A stretch of DNA of 64,000 nucleotides from Cyanobacteriota bacterium. GTDB lineage: Bacteria > Cyanobacteriota > Cyanobacteriia > Cyanobacteriales > Nostocaceae. The stretch covers positions 1-64,000 of the forward strand of contig JBJOKS010000011.1 in assembly GCA_046045965.1 (NCBI GenBank), given 5' to 3'. The position numbers and the translations under genes were made by a program. The notes under the pieces were generated by a model. It made no database searches. It saw only the letters and a list, made by a program, of their open reading frames with translations, and was not told the DNA's origin. Positions 9,635-20,349 of the stretch are shown one piece after another (within the stretch, counting starts at the first letter, position 1; every line of letters begins with the position of its first letter).

Positions 9635-10438
9635 CTAATTTATTGGTGTCAAAAACAATTTAGCCTCTGCTTGTCTCCTCCGTCTTAACCCTGCTTCCAC
9701 CTTACTACCAGGGTTTATATATTTAAGAAACGTCACTTCAATTTGATCCCATTGTTTATTTTGCAGAACTCTAGTAATACTTTGAAAACCAGACCTCCCA
9801 TAGAAATTAGCACCTAAGTTATAACCAAAACTTAATATAGCCCCCTGTTGGTTAGCATTTAATTCGTTCCATACAGGAATTTTTTGCAGAGGTGGTAGAT
9901 ATTTTTGCTCTAGCTGCATCATTAACAATTCTTCTGCTTGTTCCTTGGTAATTGTTTCACCTAATTTCCACTCACTTCCATCTTTTTTGCGAGTAGTTCC
10001 CCAACCAATTGTAATAGGTTTACCACCACTAAGAGGATCAGGATAAGCTTTAAGAAATAAACCTTCAAATTCTTTAATCAACGCAACTCCTGGAAGGGGA
10101 AGTTGACCAGATGCACCACCATAAAAACCAGAATTTGAGGTTTGACTAATTTGTTTTGGCGAATTATTGACGGTATTATCTACAGTCTGACTAAGAGTTT
10201 TATTGATAGCATTATTTAAAGCTATTTGAGTTCTTGGTCCGACAATTCCATCAGCTATAAGCCCCTGTTTTTGTTGAAACTGCCTGACTGCTGCTAAAGT
10301 CTTATTACCAAAATCACCATCTATAGTACCTGGATTGAAGTTGAGTGTTTTTAATATTTTTTGCAATTGCTCAACTTTCCTTCCTTTTGATCCTAGTTTA
10401 AGAATTTCATTAGGATTGAGAATTAATTCGGTGGACAT
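9635..10438 (-). CDS. Peptidoglycan-binding domain + GH24 lysozyme
   Basis: N-terminal PG_binding_1 (GS.G..V..LQ..L, IDGDFG..T..AVRQFQ...GLIADGIVGPRT). C-terminal IKEFEG...AYPDP...TIGWG...GLRRRRQAE. Confidence 0.88.
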   Translation of the reverse strand: MSTELILNPNEILKLGSKGRKVEQLQKILKTLNFNPGTIDGDFGNKTLAAVRQFQQKQGLIADGIVGPRTQIALNNAINKTLSQTVDNTVNNSPKQISQTSNSGFYGGASGQLPLPGVALIKEFEGLFLKAYPDPLSGGKPITIGWGTTRKKDGSEWKLGETITKEQAEELLMMQLEQKYLPPLQKIPVWNELNANQQGAILSFGYNLGANFYGRSGFQSITRVLQNKQWDQIEVTFLKYINPGSKVEAGLRRRRQAEAKLFLTPIN

Positions 10439-10757
10439 GACGCTATCCTTGGCTCTAATGTGGGCAGAAAGGGAGTATGCTCCAATTATCCACCAATTGG
10501 TATATTTTGATAGTTAAATTAAGGTAAATATTCTTAAAGATTTTTTACTGAAAAGTAAATTCTGATTTGACATTCCACCGTTTACCGTCATGCAGTAGCA
10601 AAGCAATAGAAAAGCGAATGACTTCTTGGAAAAGTCGGCGATCTGGGTATTAGTCAGTTCAATGATAATGTAAATAGATAAAAAACAAAAATATGATAAC
10701 CAATTATGATAATTTATTTTTTAGCGAAAAATATCAAATCAAAAATACCTAATTGAT

Positions 10758-11024
10758 ATGCCTTGGTTTGTCAAAATTGAAGCGGGTGTAGTGGATAAAC
10801 CCATTTTTGACCAATATGTACCCGCCCATACAGCCTACGTAAAAGCCCTAATAGCTAAAGGACACAAAGCCAAAACTGGCTATTGGGCGCAAAGGGGAGG
10901 GGGGATGATGCTGTTCGAGGCAGCGTCAATGGACGAAGCACAGGCAATAGTTGCGGCTGATCCCTTGGTAGTCAACGGTTGTGTGCGTTATCAACTTTAC
11001 GAATGGAAAATTGTTATAGAATGA
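10758..11024 (+). CDS. YciI-family protein
   Basis: 88 aa, H..YV, GGMMLFEAAS..EA..IVAADP. Confidence 0.8.
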   Translation: MPWFVKIEAGVVDKPIFDQYVPAHTAYVKALIAKGHKAKTGYWAQRGGGMMLFEAASMDEAQAIVAADPLVVNGCVRYQLYEWKIVIE

Positions 11025-11061
11025 CACACAATTATGGAAATTTGATGTTATGATGATTTCA

Positions 11062-11155
11062 GACCTGGATCTATGCGATCTCAACACCCAAACTTTGTCA
11101 GGACCGGAAGGTAGCAGCAATACGGGATGCTTGTGGTAGGCGTAGTCTCCGGGTC
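11062..11155 (+). ncRNA. ffs: Signal recognition particle RNA (4.5S)
   Basis: Conserved domain IV tcaggaccggaaggtagcagc. Ends gacctgga and tccgggtc pair. TATGAT -10 box just upstream. Confidence 0.9.
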
Positions 11156-11183
11156 GCCCCATTTTTAGGAGTGCTTTGCAGCA

Positions 11184-11567
11184 ATGCCTGGTTTTGGAGA
11201 TATTGTACAAAAAGCTTTTTACCTGGGTGTAGGCTTGGCTTCTTACGCTGGTGAGAAAGCAGGGGGAAAATTAGCCGAACTGCGATCGCAAGTCCAAAAA
11301 CTGGCTGACGAAATGGTGGCTAAGGGTGAAATGAACACAGAAGAAGCTCGTCGTTTCGTAGAAGATATGATGAAGCAAGCCCAACAGCCCCAAACGCCTG
11401 GTGAAACTTCGGAAAAAACAGCCCCTTCTGAACCCCGTCGCATCGAAATTTTGGAGGTAGACGAAGAACCTGCTGTCAAAGAAGTCCCGAAAGACAATGT
11501 GGATCACCTGCGTCAACAAGTGTTAGACCTGAAAAAACAATTAGAACAGCTTAAACGCGAGCAGTAA
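11184..11567 (+). CDS. Phasin-like (PhaP/PHA-granule associated family) coiled-coil protein
   Basis: KAFYLGVGLA...LADEMVAKGEMNTEEARRFVEDM pattern. Confidence 0.7.
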   Translation: MPGFGDIVQKAFYLGVGLASYAGEKAGGKLAELRSQVQKLADEMVAKGEMNTEEARRFVEDMMKQAQQPQTPGETSEKTAPSEPRRIEILEVDEEPAVKEVPKDNVDHLRQQVLDLKKQLEQLKREQ

Positions 11568-11738
11568 AAACTAATTTTTTACCCTGAGCATCAGCAAAAG
11601 TGGGAATTTAAATTTTTGATTTGGGGAATGACGCTATATCCAAAACTGGTTTGATGTGCATTGTATATTGTATATTTTAGCACTAAAAACCAGGTAACGG
11701 AAAGCGTCCTGTGTGTAGCCATTAAGACAGTTAAGCTT

Positions 11739-12146
11739 ATGGAACCGTGGCAAAAAGACTTAGTTGAAATCATCGAAACTGTGGCTGATGAAGTAGAACG
11801 CTTCTTCCAAGGAATGAATGACATGGTAGATGCATTTTTTGAGCTAACGGAAGAAATTACCGAACAGGTACAGAATAACATTGCTGCTGACATTGACCAG
11901 TATTTACAGGAATTAGCGGAACCGCTTTTGGAAGTATACTGGGAACTGGAAGACGTGGTATCAGATGTAGATCCGGGTTTTCCCTATGCAGTGGAAGCTA
12001 CAATCGAAAATAATCCTGCTTGTATAGGTTGTAGCAATTATCATGGTCAAGTATATGGTGGTAACTTATTAGTTTGTGCTATGCACCCTCACGGTTGGGA
12101 TGACGCGAGTTGTCCAGATTGGGAAAAGAACGGTAATGAGTTTTGA
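11739..12146 (+). CDS. Conserved cyanobacterial hypothetical protein with C-terminal Cys/His motif
   Basis: CIGCSNYHG...VCAMHPHG...CPDW. Probable start MEPWQ. Confidence 0.75.
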   Translation: MEPWQKDLVEIIETVADEVERFFQGMNDMVDAFFELTEEITEQVQNNIAADIDQYLQELAEPLLEVYWELEDVVSDVDPGFPYAVEATIENNPACIGCSNYHGQVYGGNLLVCAMHPHGWDDASCPDWEKNGNEF

Positions 12147-12204
12147 GTGTTAAATTAGTATTAGTATTAATTAATGAATCTCTGCATTTTTCAAGAATAA
12201 TTTT

Positions 12205-12633
12205 ATGAGTAATTCTGCACCTGAGACTGTAACCCCAGCAACTCAAGAAATGAAATATGGGGAAAGGGAAATACAAGAAGGAAAACTGATTACATTTCCT
12301 AATCCGCGTGTGGGTCGGCGTTATAATATTGATATTAGTTTACCGGAATTTACCTGTAAATGTCCGTTTTCTGGTTATCCAGACTTTGCGACTATTTATA
12401 TTTCCTACATCCCTGATGAACGGGTGGTAGAGTTGAAGGCTTTGAAGCTGTATATTAATAGTTATCGCGATCGCTATATTTCTCACGAAGAAACAGCAAA
12501 TCAAATTTTAGATGATGTAGTTACTGCTTGTGAACCTTTGGAAATGACCGTAAAAGCTGACTTTACTCCCCGTGGGAATGTGCATACAGTTGTGGAAGTA
12601 AAGCATAAAAAAGAAAAAGAAGAGATTTTTTAA
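12205..12633 (+). CDS. queF: NADPH-dependent preQ0 reductase
   Basis: PEFTCKCPFSGYPDFA, VELKALKLY, SHEE and FTPRG motifs. Confidence 0.95.
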   Translation: MSNSAPETVTPATQEMKYGEREIQEGKLITFPNPRVGRRYNIDISLPEFTCKCPFSGYPDFATIYISYIPDERVVELKALKLYINSYRDRYISHEETANQILDDVVTACEPLEMTVKADFTPRGNVHTVVEVKHKKEKEEIF

Positions 12634-12774
12634 CCCAGGTACGTAGTGAGGACTTAAGTCCTCATTACCAACTTTTTGGATATTTTTTGATGTGTTACTA
12701 ACCAACCATTCTCCAAATACTAGGTTTAGGTAAAGTGATATATTCAGTAAAGTAGGTATATCCAAAGCTCCCCA

Positions 12775-13476
12775 TTAATTTTTGAGAAATTTCCGACGAA
12801 TCAACCTATTAATCAATTTTAATACATTACCTGCAAAAGAAGTAATAAAGCGGTAAGTTTTGCGAACCTTATTTAAAAATGAATAAGGTACTCGTAACCG
12901 CAAAGGGTAGAAAATAGGCAAATATATCAAATAATAAGCCTTTTTCAGATCATCCCATTTTGAGCAGCGGTCCTGGTGGAGAAAATCAGAAATATCAACA
13001 ACTAAACCCCGTCCCTCAAACATCATCACATTTTTTCCATGCACATCATGAGGGAAAAGTCCACGAGTCCGCGCATAGTCCAAAGCACTATCAATATCTC
13101 TTATCACCTGGGGAGGAATACGCAAACCCCTGTGTAGACAGTCATAAAGGGTAACACCATATAATCTTTTCAAGACTAACAAGCCTTCTTGAGCATAAAA
13201 ACACTCAGAAAAAGCCGGATGGGAACCAAGACGCTGGTAAACCTCTAGTTCCTCCTCAAACCCAGAACGACCAGGTGCGTAAATTTTCACCACCAAGTCT
13301 GGGTATTCAGGATGATAAACTACTGCTGCATAGTTTCCTGTACCCAGTAGTTCCCAAGGTGGAGGAAGATAGCGCACTTCTGCTGGGTTGTGAGGATGAA
13401 CACTTTCGACAATTAACTGTGGTATAAGTTCTTGCTGAATACTTACAATTAGTGACTGAATATTGGATTTATCCAT
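12775..13476 (-). CDS. Minimal Ser/Thr protein kinase-like protein
   Basis: LGTGNYAAV, VVKIY, HDVHGKNV and VVDISD kinase-like motifs. Confidence 0.8.
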   Translation of the reverse strand: MDKSNIQSLIVSIQQELIPQLIVESVHPHNPAEVRYLPPPWELLGTGNYAAVVYHPEYPDLVVKIYAPGRSGFEEELEVYQRLGSHPAFSECFYAQEGLLVLKRLYGVTLYDCLHRGLRIPPQVIRDIDSALDYARTRGLFPHDVHGKNVMMFEGRGLVVDISDFLHQDRCSKWDDLKKAYYLIYLPIFYPLRLRVPYSFLNKVRKTYRFITSFAGNVLKLINRLIRRKFLKN

Positions 13477-13563
13477 AGGATATACGCACCATCCTGAGTG
13501 TTATCATTTTAATAAATAACAGCACTAAATTGCTATTATGCACCATAAAAAATTCAAAGAAAA

Positions 13564-14937
13564 TTATTTTTTCCCGGGGTCAGTAAGTTGTTCTAAAATG
13601 CTGAGAACTTCTCTTTCAAAGGTAACTTGAGCGCGGTTAGTTTTACCACCAATATAAAGTTTTTCTCCTCTTTGTAAAGCCCAAATTTGGGAATGGGAAA
13701 AATAACTCATTACCACACCCAACATTAACAAAGCAAAACCAATATAAACAATGGGAATACCGGGATCATATTTAATTTGTAAACCGGTGCTACCTACGAC
13801 ATCCAGAACTTTCAAATTTATCCCATTGACAGGAATAGACATTCCTGAACGCACAGTATTAATTAATTTGCCTTGAGCATCATATATTAATACCATGCCT
13901 TGCAAATCTTTCGCTAATAGAGAAACACCTTCACTTAAATCAGGTTTAGTTGGAACCCAGGTTCCCCACAATCTTCCTTTACCTTTGGTGTCTAATAGTG
14001 CCATTGGTAATTGAAAAATGGGACTATTATTAAGTTTAACACGAACACCGGAAATACCCCAATCTGTTTGATAAAAAACTACTCCATGATAACGCAGAGG
14101 TTTATTCACATAAATTTTTTCATGATTTACTTCTTTCCCACCATTATCCAAAACAGATAAATCTGAATAAAATTGATCAATTCCTCCTTTTGGTGTGTAG
14201 TCAATCCAAAATCTATTCACGCGTACTGACCAATCTTTCAACACATCTTGAGAAGACCAAGCACCCGCATCAATCAGATTTTTAACCTGGAAGGTATTAC
14301 CTGAAGCAATCATTTCTTGAGCCATAAAACCCGTCATTGATCCCCATATTCCCCCCAGCAAAATCATCACAATGCCAATATGAACAATAATCGGTCCAAT
14401 GCGTCCGACTATACCTTTACGGGCATAAAGAAGATCATTTTTTTCCTGATCCTGAAATATTTTATAACGGCTTTTGGCTAACAGTGGTGTAAGTGATTGG
14501 ACGGAAATATCATCTAATTCTGCACTCAAAGCTAACTTATTAAATTTGCGGGGTTCGTCGTAATATTGCCATTTTTGGGCAGCTTTTAAAGCAGGTAATT
14601 GACGAGTAAAAGTACAAGCTGTTAAACTCGTACCAAATAAAACTAATAAAGCCAAAAACCACCAAGTTCTATAAACATGATCTAAACCTACAACTTGAAT
14701 AACTTTCCAAGTGAGGAAACCAAATAAAGCGGGATGCTCGGGATAGTTAGCTTGGTAAAAAGCAGGTGTTTGTCCCTGTTCAATTACCGTACCACTAACG
14801 CTAAATAAGGCAATTATTAATAACAAGATAATTGCTAATCTTAAATCTGTCAGCACAGGTAAAATTTCCCGTCTTAGAAAGCGGACAGGAATAGAAAAAA
14901 AATTGAAGTCTTTGGATGTTGTGTTATCTACAGTCAT
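13564..14937 (-). CDS. ccsB: Cytochrome c biogenesis protein CcsB/Ccs1 (ResB)
   Basis: GTVIEQ, YRTWWF, TACT, IIVHIG, QFYSDL, VNKPL and DPGIP motifs. Confidence 0.92.
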   Translation of the reverse strand: MTVDNTTSKDFNFFSIPVRFLRREILPVLTDLRLAIILLLIIALFSVSGTVIEQGQTPAFYQANYPEHPALFGFLTWKVIQVVGLDHVYRTWWFLALLVLFGTSLTACTFTRQLPALKAAQKWQYYDEPRKFNKLALSAELDDISVQSLTPLLAKSRYKIFQDQEKNDLLYARKGIVGRIGPIIVHIGIVMILLGGIWGSMTGFMAQEMIASGNTFQVKNLIDAGAWSSQDVLKDWSVRVNRFWIDYTPKGGIDQFYSDLSVLDNGGKEVNHEKIYVNKPLRYHGVVFYQTDWGISGVRVKLNNSPIFQLPMALLDTKGKGRLWGTWVPTKPDLSEGVSLLAKDLQGMVLIYDAQGKLINTVRSGMSIPVNGINLKVLDVVGSTGLQIKYDPGIPIVYIGFALLMLGVVMSYFSHSQIWALQRGEKLYIGGKTNRAQVTFEREVLSILEQLTDPGKK

Positions 14938-15051
14938 TGTTTATGTGAGGGAAAAGGGAACAGGGAACAGGGAACAGGTAACCGAATGGAAATTTCTTTG
15001 ATGTCTGATTTCGATGATAGTTATGTGTTATCATCAAACTGAATAGCCCCT

Positions 15052-15792
15052 CTATAAACTACCAATAGGAATATGAGAAAGTAAAGAGAATACACCAAAA
15101 CCAACTAATAATGCACCGCTAACCGGGTTTATCCAACCAGACCAACGACGCAATTCTAATAGTTTTTTAATCGACGCAGTAAACGTACCTGCTAAAATTA
15201 ATGGTGCAACATATCCGGCTGTATAAGAAAGTAGTAAAACAGCACCTAAAAGTAAATCTTGGGTATTAGCAACCCAACCTAATAAACTAGCTAAAACTGG
15301 TGTGCTACAAGGGGAAGCAACTAAACCAAATGTTAAACCAATAGAATAGGAACGTACACCCGGAGGTAAATCTTGAGAAATCCAATTTGTTTCACCTAAA
15401 GACGGGAATTGTATGGGTAAGGCTTCTAATAAATTCAACCCCATAATAATAGCAATAATACTAACAATAATTGGTAAACCAATTCCTACTTGACCGTATA
15501 CTTTTCCCACCAAACCTGCTATAATTCCTAAACCTGCCAATGTGGTTGCTAATCCTAAAGCAAACCAAGTTGATTGTGCAGCGGCTTGCAGTCGGCTTTT
15601 CGCTTCATAACCGCCAATATAGCCAATAGTAATAGGCAACATAGATAGCATACATGGTGTCAGACTGGTGAGCAAGCCAGCTGCAAAGATAATGGCAATA
15701 CTGACGAGGCTGAGGTGGGTGAGTTGGTTAGCAACCAGAGTGTTTGCGAATTGTTCAAGTTGATAAATTTGGGTTTGTAGATTCTCCAGCAT
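15052..15792 (-). CDS. ccdA: Cytochrome c biogenesis thiol-disulfide transporter CcdA
   Basis: SLTPCMLSMLP and ASPCSTP motifs. Confidence 0.93.
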   Translation of the reverse strand: MLENLQTQIYQLEQFANTLVANQLTHLSLVSIAIIFAAGLLTSLTPCMLSMLPITIGYIGGYEAKSRLQAAAQSTWFALGLATTLAGLGIIAGLVGKVYGQVGIGLPIIVSIIAIIMGLNLLEALPIQFPSLGETNWISQDLPPGVRSYSIGLTFGLVASPCSTPVLASLLGWVANTQDLLLGAVLLLSYTAGYVAPLILAGTFTASIKKLLELRRWSGWINPVSGALLVGFGVFSLLSHIPIGSL

Positions 15793-16399
15793 GGGTTATG
15801 TTTGAATGGGAAAGGCTGACTCTGTTTGTATTTTAGCTGAATTTAGTGTGTTGTTTCTCTTCTGGTGGGAATGTGGGAAAAAACCACATTAATTTTGAAT
15901 GATAATTTTTAGTAATATATTTTTTGGGAAAAAAGTTCACGTGTTCCATTTTCGCAATAGCTAGGGGTTTATTGAGAATACTATTGAGAATAGTATCAAT
16001 AAGCTAACGAAATTTAAGGATTTGGGGATTGATTATTTTGTTGTTCTGTGTTTATAATATTTTTAGGTATAATCCAAGGGTTTTTTATAATTTGTTTTAG
16101 AGCGACAAGAATACCCCCTGCTACCGGGAAACTGCTACGCCATAGAAGTAGGAGAAGTTCACGAAATAGTTAATACAGGGGAAGATGTACTGATTATTAC
16201 CTACTGTGGTTTGCGGGTTTAATAAGTTATTAGTTGACAGTTAAACGCCTACTCATAAGTTATAGAAAATCTTGATCATAGGAATCATTTATAGATGAAG
16301 ATTTCATCCTATAGTTATCATCAAATTTATTTATTTCATAACGTTTTTATGTAGTTAAGTAAACCAATAACTACGCAAATCATAATCTAAACATAATCA

Positions 16400-16866
16400 T
16401 CATCAGGTAAGAAACCCATTCCCATGTATGTTTTATGTCAATTAATTACACATGGTAATGCAATAGCGATCGCCAACAAACATTTAGGAAAAGGCATTAG
16501 TTTACAACTTGCTGGGGCTAAATCTCTCTTCAGTCAACTCAAATCTTCCACACCCTTCACCGCAGCTTTTACCTTTCCCCACGTTAACCAAGATTTATGG
16601 ATTCGTTATTGGTTATCAGCAAGTGGTATTGATCCAGATGCAGATGTCAAATTGTTGACAGTACCCCCAGCGCAAACAGTCGCCAACATGAAAACCGGGA
16701 CAATGGATGCTTTCAGTACCGGCGACCCTTGGCCATTCCATCTTGTTAACGACAAAATTGGCTTTATGGCCGCATTAACAGCCGAAATTTGGAAAAATCA
16801 CCCCGAAGAATATTTTGCCATGAGAGGAGATTGGGTTGATCAACATCCCAAAGCCACAAAAGCCTT
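16400..16866 (+). pseudogene. cmpA: Internal fragment of bicarbonate-binding protein (CmpA/NrtA family)
   Basis: TFPHVNQDLWIRYWL, VPPAQTVANMKTGTMDAFSTGDPWP and WKNHPEE. Lacks the N- and C-termini. Located next to sbtA and bicA. Confidence 0.8.
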
Positions 16867-16877
16867 TCAAAATTCAA

Positions 16878-17048
16878 TTGGTAATGATGACCAATGGACC
16901 TCATGCCAAAATTGGGGAAGTGATGGAAATTCCATTTGGTAGGCCACGCGATCGCTCCCTCATTATGGAAGATACCCAATATTATCAACTCCGTAACTAT
17001 GCGTTAGACTTCCTGTTTAACCGTTTTGCTCATGATGATGTTGGTTAA
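16878..17048 (+). pseudogene. cmpD: C-terminal remnant of CmpD/NrtD-type ABC ATPase
   Basis: LVMMTNGPHAKIGEVMEIPFGRPRDR...YYQLRNYALDFLFNRFAHDD. Confidence 0.75.
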
Positions 17049-17234
17049 GATAAAAAAGCGGCGAATTAAATTTCGCCTCTTGTCTATTTTCTCAGGAATC
17101 AATAATGGTTTTCATAGAAAAAAATTTATACATTGACTAATACAGGCAATTTTGGGCTGTCCTATAAGCTATTGCTTATATGAGGTATATAATATTTATT
17201 TAATAAATATGCATTTGGGTGATTTTTTTTCGAC

Positions 17235-17257
17235 CTAAAGGCTGTATGCTATTTTTA
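17235..17257 (+). promoter_or_regulatory. Probable sbtA promoter element (-10 TATGCT), identical to one upstream of bicA
   Basis: ctaaaggctgtatgctattttta, identical to 19763-19785. Confidence 0.6.
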
Positions 17258-17950
17258 ATGAAACAGTTGATCCCCGGTTTCAACTGCAAAAATTAAACTG
17301 GGTAGATAATTCTGCATGATTGTGTTTCAGGGTAACTAAGGTTTCTCCTTGAGTAGCACCTTAACTCACAATTTATGTAAATTGTCAAACATAATCACAA
17401 ATCAGCAAGATGTTTTATGCTTGCTGTTTTTTGTACTGAGGAAACAGTTAAGCACTACTTGAGGAGCATTTACAGATGTACTTTGACAACCAAATTTTAA
17501 TAAAACTTAAATGTTGAAATCAGATATTTAGATCAACATTAGTATATCATCTACCGCAACATAAAACTGCAAAGGCTGTTAATAAACACTCTTTACTTTT
17601 TATTTTAACAGCCCAGCTTCTGGAAATTCCATCAACAGAAATTAGCCAACATTAATATTTTCAACTAATAATAAACTGGGTGACAAAATTTTTAATTGTT
17701 ACCAAAGTTTATTATTACCAAATAATTATAGTTGCATTATTAGCGACCAAGTTTTTGACAGTTGAAAATAGTTTTTTGATATGGCTAAATGCTTGTAATT
17801 TCAGTAGGCGGTAAAAATTCTTTCTTCAACCCACATCATTCAAAACCTGTGCTGTAGGGGTGAAGAGCCTCACTCTTTCTTTAGTTCTTTAAATCTCATT
17901 TAGTTTATTCATTCAATGCTCCTGAACAGAGGAGTCACAAGGAGGTATTC

Positions 17951-19060
17951 GTGGATTTTGTGTCCTTATTTATCACGGACTTTATCGCCCAGTTGCAGTC
18001 CCCAACACTGGCCTTTTTAATTGGTGGGATGATCATTGCCGCCCTTGGTAGCGAATTGGTAATTCCAGAGTCAATTTGTACGATCATCGTCTTCATGCTG
18101 CTGACCAAAATCGGTCTAACCGGTGGAATTGCCATCCGTAATTCCAACCTAGCGGACATGATTTTACCCGCATTGTTTGCTGTAATCACAGGTATTGCGG
18201 TTGTATTCATCGCCCGCTATACATTGGCCAAGCTGCCTAAGGTCAGAACTGTGGATGCAATTGCAACTGGGGGTTTGTTTGGGGCGGTGAGTGGTTCTAC
18301 CATGGCCGCCGGTCTGACGGTACTGGAAGAACAAAAAATTCCATTTGAAGCATGGACTGGCGCACTCTATCCCTTTATGGATATCCCCGCCCTCGTAACT
18401 GCGATTGTTGTGGCGAATATTTACCTCAACAAGAAGAAGCTTAAAGAAGCAGCCGATTCTGCCATGCAGGAGTCTTATAGCAAGCAGCCTGTTGCGGCGG
18501 GCGATTATCCCAGCACCCGGCAGGAGTATCTCAGCCAGCAGAAAGATCCTGCGGATAATCGGGTCAAGATATGGCCGATCATCGAAGAAAGCCTCCGGGG
18601 TCCTGCCTTATCGGCAATGTTGTTAGGAATGGCTCTGGGACTGTTCACCCAGCCGGAAAGTGTCTATAAAAGCTTCTACGATCCCGCTTTTCGTGGCTTG
18701 CTTTCGATCTTGATGCTGGTTATGGGTATGGAGGCTTGGTCAAGGGTTGGCGAACTGCGTAAGGTGGCTCAATGGTATGTTGTGTATAGTGTGATAGCAC
18801 CGTTTATACATGGATTGATCGCCTTTGGTCTAGGTATGATTGCCCACTACACAATGAACTTCAGCATGGGTGGTGTTGTGGTACTGGCTGTTATTGCTTC
18901 CTCTAGTTCAGACATCTCCGGTCCTCCTACATTGCGAGCCGGTATCCCTTCAGCCAATCCATCGGCATATATAGGCGCGTCCACAGCCATCGGTACGCCA
19001 ATTGCTATCGGCGTGTGTATACCGTTCTTTATCGGGCTTGCCCAAGCGATAGGCGGCTAA
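17951..19060 (+). CDS. sbtA: Na+-dependent bicarbonate transporter SbtA
   Basis: QLQSPTLAFLIGG, GAVSGST, YPFMDIPA and SSSSDISGPPTLRAGIPSANPS. GTG start with GGAGG RBS. Confidence 0.96.
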   Translation: MDFVSLFITDFIAQLQSPTLAFLIGGMIIAALGSELVIPESICTIIVFMLLTKIGLTGGIAIRNSNLADMILPALFAVITGIAVVFIARYTLAKLPKVRTVDAIATGGLFGAVSGSTMAAGLTVLEEQKIPFEAWTGALYPFMDIPALVTAIVVANIYLNKKKLKEAADSAMQESYSKQPVAAGDYPSTRQEYLSQQKDPADNRVKIWPIIEESLRGPALSAMLLGMALGLFTQPESVYKSFYDPAFRGLLSILMLVMGMEAWSRVGELRKVAQWYVVYSVIAPFIHGLIAFGLGMIAHYTMNFSMGGVVVLAVIASSSSDISGPPTLRAGIPSANPSAYIGASTAIGTPIAIGVCIPFFIGLAQAIGG

Positions 19061-19109
19061 TCCCAGACGGGTCGTGGTCTGTTGGCGCTTTCTTGACCCG
19101 GCAGACTAA

Positions 19110-19490
<381 letters not shown>

Positions 19491-19509
19491 GTCGAAACGA
19501 TGCAGCCCT

Positions 19510-19540
19510 AAAAGGCCGGGGCATGACCCCGGCTTTTTTG
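19510..19540 (+). terminator. Rho-independent terminator of sbtAB
   Basis: aaaaggccggggcatgaccccggcttttttg. Confidence 0.85.
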
Positions 19541-19762
19541 TGGTCGTTACTCAAAACGTTAGTCGATTTAGATTATGTACTTAGTATCATCAGTCTTGAC
19601 AATGAGACTAGAAGGCTCAACAAGTTTTGAAATACCCGGAAATACAGGAAAAGTGGTAAATTTACTGCAGACGTGGGAAGACACCATATCAAAGAAATCG
19701 GTAAAATAGATAAAGAAATAGAATTATTTAAATATTGCATTCAGAAATTAAGATTTTGAGTG

Positions 19763-19785
19763 CTAAAGGCTGTATGCTATTTTTA
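19763..19785 (+). promoter_or_regulatory. Probable bicA promoter element
   Basis: Identical 23-mer to 17235-17257. Confidence 0.6.
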
Positions 19786-20349
19786 TTCAAATTCCTTCTA
19801 GAGTAAGTTCTGGTTTTTTGTTACTAGGATCTACTCTGTTACCTTTATTGTGGCGTACTTAAGTTAATACACACAAGTTAAGCGCAATTAAGTAACAATA
19901 TACCTCAGTAACCTAAGAATCTTTTTACCTAGTTTCACTCGACATAACACTTAATCTTCAACTGACCAAAATGCAAATGCCCAAAAATAATGACATTTTC
20001 TTTAAAAATCATTTTGCTCTCATCTCATAGATATCTAAAATATATCTAGCCATTGCAAGTTTTATGGCAATTTTAGCAAACATCCACACTAACAATCAGA
20101 TAGAACTCAGCTATTTAACGTGAGAGAAAAGGTAGCTTAAATATTCCCCATATTTCAAAAAATGGGAATTATAAAAGCCACCCAAAAATTATCACTGTAA
20201 ATAAATATAACACGATTACATTTTTCCTCACTATTTGAGTTTCTAGTAGATAAGGTTAGATGTTTTTATATGGCTAAAATTGTGAATTTAATTAGACAGA
20301 AACAACCCTGTCTCACCCATACAATTTTGTTGTCATTGAGCATCCACTA

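Noticed and set aside
9635..10438. Prophage
   Set aside because: No structural, terminase or replication genes nearby.
16105..16162. IS200/IS605-derived miniature element
   Set aside because: Only a weak resemblance (ends in gttcac). No clear hairpin pair or second copy in the window.
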